The notes beneath the pieces were generated by a model. It was given only the letters and a program-made list of their open reading frames with translations, did not search any database and was not told the origin of the DNA. Source: Selaginella moellendorffii (Eukaryota > Plantae > Lycopodiophyta). Taken from it: 6,292 nucleotides of DNA. Below are positions 1-6,292 of this stretch, one piece after another. How positions within the stretch are numbered: the stretch's first letter is position 1; every line of letters starts with the position of its first letter. The DNA lies in the NCBI RefSeq assembly GCF_000143415.4, contig NW_003314699.1:1-6292 (forward strand), read 5' to 3'. A program made the position numbers and the translations under genes.

Positions 1-530
1 CTCCTTAGCATCCTTAGGATGCCCACCGACAAGGGGAATAGCCTTCCCCAATATCCCTCTGTTAGTCCCCACTAAGTCCCTTTCTGCCCCTGGCCGTGTT
101 TGCCAACACTGCCACTGGATCGAGACCCACAGGCCCGACCACTAAGTCCCACGGTCCTCTGGGACTTCCTCACCACACGACTGTGTCCTTGGTCACTACC
201 CCAGAGGACTGCTCCTCTTCCTTTCCACAGTCTGGGCCTTTGGGACAACATTTCGGAACACCGTGGCCTTACGCGAGCCACCTGGGTACTCTCCTCGCCT
301 TCTGCCCTTGGGTGCTCTAGCCATGGGCTTAGAGTGGGTTCCGTTGAGCCACACCAGGTATCCAAGTAGGTAGTGCCACCCACACTTGGACTGGGAGCAT
401 CGGCCAGTCGATCTCCCGGGGGAACTAGAGCCGGCTCTTGAACACTTCACCAAGCTACCCCGCTTATCGGTCTGTGTTCACTCTAGTCTTGGACTTCCCA
501 GTGGGCAGCTCATCACCCAACACTGGGTCC

Positions 531-571
531 GGCCTTCCTGGGCCAAACTGGCCTTTCCTGGCCAAACTGGC
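531..571. repeat. Short 19-bp tandem duplication in the LTR
   Basis: GGCCTTCCTGGGCCAAACT (531-549) followed by GGCCTTTCCTGGCCAAACT (550-568) and GGC. Confidence 0.8.
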
Positions 572-589
572 TCCACTGCAGTCCTCCCC

Positions 590-602
590 CTACTATACTT
601 TT
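590..602 (-). promoter_or_regulatory. Possible degenerate TATA-like element of the LTR promoter
   Basis: Minus strand AAAAGTATAGTAG followed by a G run. It is an AT-rich patch just downstream (sense) of the array, but not a consensus TATA. Confidence 0.3.
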
Positions 603-667
603 GGAGCTCACCAAACCCCCCAGGGTCTGGGAGACGAACGCTTTGGGCTTTCACCCTCTCAGGCTCC

Positions 668-735
668 GGATTCGGACTCGGACTCGGACTCGGACTCGGA
701 CTCGGACTCGGACTCGGACTCGGTCTCGGTCCCGA

Positions 736-767
<32 letters not shown>

Positions 768-1211
768 CCAGTCTCGGTCTCAACTTCGGACTCCATCTCG
801 GACTCCATCTCGGACTCCATCTCGGGTCCATCTCGGACTCCATCTCGGACTCCATCTCGGGTCCACCTCGGACTCCATCTCGGACTCCATCTCGGACTCC
901 ATCTCGGACTCCATCTCGGGTCCATCTCGGACTCCACTTCGGACTCCAACTCGGGTCCATCTCGGGTCCACCTCAGACTCCACTTCGGACTCCAACTCGG
1001 GTCCATCTCGGGTCCACCTCGGACTCCACTTCGGACTCCATCTCGGGTCCATCTCGGACTCCACTTCGGACTCCAACTCGGACTCCATCTCGGGTCCATC
1101 TCGGACTCCACTTCGGACTCCAACTCGGGTCCATCTCGGACTCCACTTCGGACTCCAACTCGGGTCCATCTCGGACTCCACTTCGGACTCCAACTCGAGT
1201 CCATCTCGGAC
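668..1211. repeat. Hierarchical tandem array within the LTR (6-bp, 11/12-bp, 35/46-bp units)
   Basis: (GGACTC)x8 at 674-721; GGTCTC-type hexamers at 722-781; GGACTCCATCTC / GGGTCCATCTC / GGACTCCACTTC / GGACTCCAACTC units at 788-1207; three perfect 35-bp higher-order units at 1092-1196. Confidence 0.98.
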
Positions 1212-1442
1212 ACTCCCACGTGTCATGTGTTGGTCCTTTTGGGTCCCTTTTTGGAGCCTCACCTTTTGCTCGCTTCGTGCTCGTTCCTCGAGCACTTCGT
1301 TGGGAGTTCCACTCCCGCTCTTGACTTTTCAAGTCGGAGCTTTTGGTCCAAACATGTTACGCTCGTTTGGCTCTCGCTTCGGCCACTACCATGTGGCGCC
1401 CTTCCGGCTCCACTTTGGGGCCTAGGGATTTTGTGTCTCACA

Positions 1443-1455
1443 ACTCCACCACCCA
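1443..1455 (-). promoter_or_regulatory. Polypurine tract (plus-strand primer)
   Basis: Minus strand TGGGTGGTGGAGT immediately before TGTGAG (LTR start). G-rich but interrupted by T residues. Confidence 0.75.
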
Positions 1456-1463
1456 TAGACGAA

Positions 1464-1483
1464 GTTCGATGTCCTCATCGAAC
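1464..1483 (-). other. PPT-proximal stem-loop
   Basis: Perfect 8-bp inverted repeat GTTCGATG-tcct-CATCGAAC (sense: GTTCGATG-AGGA-CATCGAAC), 8 nt upstream of the PPT. It resembles the GAGGAC-centred palindromes seen before the PPT of plant chromoviruses. Confidence 0.8.
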
Positions 1484-1546
1484 GGTGAACCATTTTATAA
1501 AGTAACACCCGCATGTGTTACCATTTCCATCCTTGGCGCGTAGCCA

Positions 1547-1640
1547 ATATTTGTCAATGGTGTGACATTGAAGGCTCACCATGCCTTCTCCATATTCGTC
1601 AATGGTTGGACATTGAAGGCTCACCATGCCTTTTGCATAT
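1547..1640. repeat. 45-bp tandem duplication
   Basis: 1547-1591 versus 1592-1636, 40/45 identical. Each unit contains a TCAATG-N6-CATTGA inverted repeat. Confidence 0.95.
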
Positions 1641-2656
1641 CCTCTAAGGAGGGTAGTCTCTCCAACTTAGAGACTGATTGGACCACATGTAGTGGTTCTC
1701 TCCTTTTATTGGTTTAGTTCTCGCTAAACCTCTTAGAGAGCCTTCTCTAAGTCAATCCCACTACTCCTTCTCGAGTAGTCTCAATTTCCATCGATATAAC
1801 CTTTGCACTTTGGAACTTTGAATTTTGACTTTTTGGAGTCAATTTCCTAGGTGTCTCCGACACCTTGCCTTGCACCTTTTGTGCAACTCCACTTCCCATC
1901 CTAGGAAGTTCTCTACTCGAGGGCACCATCATCCTCTCTTCTATTTCGTGCCAAAGTTCCAGTTATCATACTTTGTGCTAGGGCTGTTCATGGCCCTATC
2001 ATTTGGCTACCTTACCGCTCCCTCCCTTGGAGCTTCCACTTTTGCCAAATCGGAGCATTTCGGAATCCCTCCTTGGAAACACACTTCCTTTCCCGCAACT
2101 TGTTAGCGTCCAACACATTAGTGTTCCTCGCCTAACTTTGTCACTTGGATTCCTTCCAAGGGATTCCACGGCCCTATCTTGGCCACTCATCTTTTGCTCC
2201 TATCCGTTGATTGTTGCACCAAGCACCATCGAATCTCTACCTCCCTCCTTGAGGTATTGTTTCGGTTCCATAGCAAAGACTCTTCTTTGCCAAGTCTGGA
2301 GGATGTTCACCCCTAGTACGTCTCTTTAACATCTTCTGCTATGGGCTCTATCCACGGCCCAACTTCGTGACCCTCCCATGGGTCTTTTATAGAGACTACT
2401 TTCCTCGGACTCACTATGCCATCACACGGACATAGTTTATTTCCCTTAGGTGTTCTTCCCACTTGGTCATCACGACCAAGCCACACCACCTTAAACAGTT
2501 CAATTTCAACATTTTGAACCAGGAACTTCATTCCTTAGCCAACCAAGGACCTTGTCCTTATCTGGCCATAAGATCACCTAGTGATCTCACCTTGGCACCT
2601 TAACAGAGTTGCCAAGAGGTACTTGGTCTTCTAGACCTCCAAGTTGTTGACTATAA

Positions 2657-2941
2657 CCCCGGGGGCATCCCCCACACTTGGCGGTGCACCCAAGCTAGCC
2701 CTTACGGCCAAGGGTTCATAGCAACTGAGATTAGGTGTCCCCATCTCACTCACCACGACCTTGGTGCCACTTGCACCAAAGTGTTCAAGTTAGATATGCT
2801 GAGCTTTCACACTAAGCAATCTAACCGTGCATCACGACTCCGAGGCATCCCTCGCTTGGCGGTGTGCCCAAACCAGTCTCCCCACTGAGAGTCCATGACC
2901 ACCGAAATATGAGTGTCCTCATATTCCAAACCATCACCACG
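2657..2941. repeat. Diverged duplicated module of about 100 bp (about 2657-2757 and 2838-2941)
   Basis: Collinear shared anchors GGCATCCC, CTTGGCGGTG, CCCAA, GTGTCC and TCACCACG at about 180-bp spacing. Confidence 0.8.
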
Positions 2942-2951
2942 CCCTAGTGAT

Positions 2952-2996
2952 TTGGGACTCGAACCCAAGCACTAGAGGGTCGGGACTCGAACCCAA
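2952..2996 (-). promoter_or_regulatory. Two tandem tRNA T-arm / Pol III B-box-like motifs
   Basis: GGGACTCGAACCC at 2954-2966 and 2982-2994 reads GGGTTCGAGTCCC on the minus strand, matching the B-box consensus GGTTCGANTCC. Each forms a stem of at least 5 bp with a 7-nt TTCGAGT loop. Function is unproven. Confidence 0.55.
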
Positions 2997-4384
2997 CCTC
3001 CGTATATGCATCTACGGACGGCATCACACAAGATGCCTGGCGTGACTCCCCACGCCGGTGCACCAACTTATTTTTAAAGCGCGCTACAGATCACAGCTTA
3101 GGAACCTAGTTCCTCCACACTGCCAAGTCCTCTCACTTGACATGTCTGTGATCATGCATGGACTCCTCCATGCTCGGCCCCATGGCCCACCCTTTTTGAA
3201 GTTATCACCTTCAACTAGGGTATTTGTTCCCCCGACGTGCCAATCTCGCTTGGCAAGTCCTCCGACCACTGTAACATGGTTCCTGCATAAGCGTGAAAGT
3301 CCTTGACCATCGACTTTCGTTCAAAGCCCTCTCTTTGAACACTCGGGAACTACTTCCCTAACCTTGATAGCCTTGCCTCATGGCAAGCTTCAAGACCACG
3401 CTTCTGCTGCGCCACTCTGATTTCGCGCGTTTCATGAACCATTTACACTTGGCCTTTCTAGGTACTAAGCTACCTAGAATCGTCTTTGGGAACCTTGAAG
3501 GAACTCTGTCCCTCAGCTTGCTAAGGCCTCCCTTTTGCAAGCCTTCCAAATGCCACATAGTCTAACATGGACAATTCCATAACTTAGACTCTTCATGGCA
3601 TCACGGTTGCTAGCGGCAACACCCTCGAGCCCCCACTTGATTCTCCACTCCCAACTGGCATAACCAACCTTAGTTATGCCCTTCGATTTCTATGGTTCAG
3701 TTCCATCCCAATACTACTTGCCTTTGGCTTCACACCTTTCCTTCGGTCATTCTCCTCCAGATCAGGAGGATAGCTTTGCACTTTCTATCATGCCTTAGCA
3801 AGTATTCTTAGGGATGAACTTACCCAATAGCCCAGGGAGTGGTTCCTCCGGGTATGCTCACCTTATAATCCCACACACTGGGATTACATTGTTGCTTATG
3901 GGCCTTTACATGCCCAGCACTAGCCTTGCCAAAATTCCATTTTTGGCTTTGTCCAACTTGGGTAGACAGTCCTCTCCTGTCTCCGCAACCTTGGACATTT
4001 GGATAGCACCTTCTATCCATCATTCGCTAGGGATTTAGTCCCTTGGGCTTTATCCATTGCCCTCGCGACAACAAACACCACCTTCTAGTGTTCTAGAGTG
4101 TTTGGGTGTCCCAATGATGGCTTTCTTGACAATGAGTATTTCCTTTTATGACATTGACTTACTATATCGCAACATAAGCAACTTATCCCCCGCAAGGGTA
4201 TATCCGACTTCCCTATGCTAGAAGTCTTGGGTAGCTATCTTCTACCCATTTAACCAGTTATTTTGCACCTCTTGCTTAGTTGCCTCATAGTTGTCAAGTC
4301 TTACAACTCATTGCTTGGTGCTTTCACACCTCCATCATTATCTGGGTCACCGCACTCCAACTGCATGCTCTGCAGCTTAGGCTA

Positions 4385-4475
4385 TGCCATTCCCATTTCC
4401 ATTGGGATTCCTTTGGCAAGGGGTTCTCATGAACCCACCAACATAGCCTCAAGGTATCACACCTTGGCACATTTG
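4385..4475 (-). pseudogene. Possible highly decayed gypsy integrase relic
   Basis: Manual minus-strand translation gives MCQGVIP*GYVGGFMR, then after a frameshift PLPKESQWKWEW. This loosely resembles the Tekay-type CQQVK..HQ.PAGLLQPLPIPEWKWE. The match is weak and by eye only. Confidence 0.25.
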
Positions 4476-5521
4476 GTGTCTCCACACCATCGGCTCCACG
4501 AGCCTACCTCTATGACACTTCTTCTTTGTGCCTAAGTCTTTGCCAAGACCAATGCCACTCTTTCTCATGCCAACCATCTGTTAGCACTATACCATAGAGG
4601 TCACACACAACTTTGTGTCAAAGTTGTTTTCTTTTTTTTTTTGGAACACCTTCCCCACGACTTTAGCATGGCACATTTTGCCATCGATGAGATACCCTCT
4701 GTTCTCATCCTTGGATCCTATGATCCCCCCCATCTATCGTGGGGTACAACACACCTCAGTCCAAATGCTTCCATCAGTCCTTTTAAGACCATTCGTTGAC
4801 TCTACTTGAGTCATCCAGCAGTTTTGGACTTGGTTAATCCACAGACCCTTAAGGTCCTACTTGTGAGGCACTAGCTCACTGGAATACACTTCTTGCATTC
4901 CTGTCCTACTCAAAAGGACTATTTTCACAAGTGTTACTCCGACACTTGATTTTGTTCTCTGGGGGCAACTTTTGCCCCTTAGGACTACTTGTCCATGCGA
5001 TGAGAATACCACTCATCTCTAAGTACACCCCCCAACTCCTTGGGTTGTTCCAGCATTTATTAAAGGTAGCCCCGGCTACCATTTCAAGGACTTGAGTCCT
5101 CTTCCGTATTTGACCTCCCACGGTCATTACCTCTGGTCTCACATTCATGAGCACCAACCTCAACTATATGAGGATAATCTTGTGACTCCTTTATTGTTTT
5201 GGAGTCTCTATCTTTCCCGTGATCCCAACTTTAGTTGTTTACCACAACAACCTTAGCCAATTTGCTGAGACAAATGCTCATCCGGATCACATCCTCAACT
5301 CAATGAGGAAAACCTTGCACTGTTCCCAAGATCCCAAAGTCGTTCCATTATTGGCCCTTTTCTATCCACCACCTCATCTACAAGTTCACACATGAACTGT
5401 AATGGAGAGCCATGTCTTCCCGACTTGCTACTCCTCAAGGATAGGCCCACTCCTCGGACCTTCCGATGCCAACACTAGTGGTGATATACTTGAGCACCAA
5501 TAAAAGTCGGACTAAGGAACA

Positions 5522-5533
5522 GCTCCGATACCA
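5522..5533 (-). promoter_or_regulatory. Primer-binding site for initiator tRNA-Met
   Basis: Minus strand TGGTATCGGAGC versus the canonical plant PBS TGGTATCAGAGC (11/12; the A>G change still allows G-U pairing), separated from the LTR-terminal CA by ATT. Confidence 0.92.
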
Positions 5534-5536
5534 AAT

Positions 5537-6292
5537 TGTAAGCGACTAAATTTTCCATTCTACTTTAGTCACTTAACCACACCTCTGACCACTTGGAGGA
5601 GTCTCATTCACAACCTCCATAAGTCCCATCCAGGACTTGGGACTTGCTAGCCCCGAGAATGGCATCCATGCCACTCAACATTTGCACTTGGTCCAAGTGC
5701 TCCACGTGTCCGATCCCATGACCGACACTCAAAGGTACCACCGACATAGCAGCCCGTTACGCTAAGGCCATGCCCAATCACCTTTGCCACACTGGTAGTC
5801 CAATACCACTTGCATTACCGTCTTGGCTCTCCAAGACTAGGCAAACCATCCGTGAGTGGTCATCTCAGATCCACTCCTTAGCATCCTTAGGATGCCCACC
5901 GACAAGGGGAATAGCCTTCCCCAATATCCCTCTGTTAGTCCCCACTAAGTCCCTTTCTGCCCCTGGCCGTGTTTGCCAACACTGCCACTGGATCGAGACC
6001 CACAGGCCCGACCACTAAGTCCCACGGTCCTCTGGGACTTCCTCACCACACGACTGTGTCCTTGGTCACTACCCCAGAGGACTGCTCCTCTTCCTTTCCA
6101 CAGTCTGGGCCTTTGGGACAACATTTCGGAACACCGTGGCCTTACGCGAGCCACCTGGGTACTCTCCTCGCCTTCTGCCCTTGGGTGCTCTAGCCATGGG
6201 CTTAGAGCGGGTTCCGTTGAGCCACACCAGGTATCCAAGTAGGTAGTGCCACCCACACTTGGACTGGGAGCATCGCCAGTCGATCTCCCGGG
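5537..6292 (-). repeat. 5' LTR (partial; U5-side portion, continues right of the window)
   Basis: Starts TGTAAGCGAC at 5537 (minus strand ends ...CTTACA), 3 nt from the PBS. Bases 5874-6292 duplicate 1-420. Confidence 0.9.

Larger units (their letters stand above)
1..1442 (-). repeat. 3' LTR (partial; continues left of the window)
   Basis: 1-420 matches 5874-6292. The right boundary is inferred at ...GTGTCTCACA (1442; minus strand TGTGAGACAC), directly next to the PPT. By the 5873-bp offset the full LTR would be about 1779 bp. Bases 421-1442 have no second copy in the window, so this part rests on the boundary motifs. Confidence 0.82.
1443..5536 (-). other. Non-coding internal domain (4094 bp)
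   Basis: Lies between the two LTR boundaries. Only short ORFs are present, and I recognised no zinc-knuckle, protease DSG, RT YxDD or integrase DDE motif by eye. Confidence 0.8.
1..6292 (-). mobile_element. Non-autonomous LTR retrotransposon (LARD-like, probably Ty3/gypsy chromovirus-related, plant type); both outer ends lie outside the window
   Basis: Near-identical direct repeat 1-420 / 5874-6292. PBS and PPT lie in the correct order and orientation for a minus-strand element. LTR termini are TG...CA with an imperfect inverted repeat (TGTAAG / CTCACA). No interior ORF exceeds about 110 aa. The lineage call is inferred from the iMet PBS and the GAGGAC-hairpin plus PPT layout. Confidence 0.9.

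Noticed and set aside
72-453. Short ORFs duplicated at 5945-6256
   Set aside because: They are duplicated only because they lie in the LTRs; they overlap on both strands and show no recognisable domain.
788-1207. CRISPR-like 35-bp periodicity
   Set aside because: Contiguous tandem units with no unique spacers and no cas genes; the context is a eukaryotic retroelement.
1-1442. Retrozyme (hammerhead ribozyme in LTR) or Cassandra 5S domain
   Set aside because: No CTGANGA...GAAA hammerhead core or 5S-like segment was noticed in the visible LTR sequence, and the element is much larger than those families.
386-1505. Long overlapping ORFs (160-355 aa) with SD, GL, RT, ES and SPRW repeats, superficially like staphylococcal Sdr or SR proteins
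   Set aside because: The tandem units contain no stop codon in any frame, so ORFs open on both strands at once. They lie inside an LTR and have no signal peptide, LPXTG motif or recognisable domain.
1501-1510. AGTAACACCC resembling a TGTAACACCC LTR start
   Set aside because: It lacks the TG terminus and an adjacent PBS/PPT, and is better explained as a hairpin arm.
2944-3064. Bona fide tRNA gene or tRNA-derived SINE
   Set aside because: T-arms are present, but I found no 7-bp acceptor stem, canonical D-arm/A-box, 7-nt anticodon loop, poly(A) tail or target-site duplication.
4632-4642. T11 run as a retroposed poly(A) tail or terminator
   Set aside because: Short homopolymer with no flanking target-site duplication or identifiable insert.
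1747-5163. Interior ORFs of 61-108 aa as gag/pol genes
   Set aside because: They are short, scattered on both strands, often have non-ATG starts, and lack conserved retroelement catalytic motifs.

Overview
The window is almost one whole plant-type LTR retrotransposon on the minus strand. Bases 1-420 recur at 5874-6292 (period 5873 bp, two differences). A tRNA-iMet primer-binding site (5522-5533) abuts one LTR edge (TGTAAG, 5537). A purine-rich PPT preceded by a hairpin (1443-1483) abuts the other (CTCACA, 1442). The inferred LTR is about 1.78 kb and its U3-side half carries a roughly 540-bp hierarchical GGACTC-derived tandem array; that array explains all long ORFs in the track, which are spurious. 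The 4.1-kb interior has no intact gag/pol, so the element looks like a young non-autonomous (LARD-like) Ty3/gypsy derivative. The most unusual part is a roughly 430-nt interior domain (2657-3085) of back-to-back hairpins. It includes a duplicated four-hairpin module whose stems differ in sequence but still pair, and two tandem tRNA T-arm/Pol III B-box motifs on the element's sense strand. No protein-coding gene can be supported.
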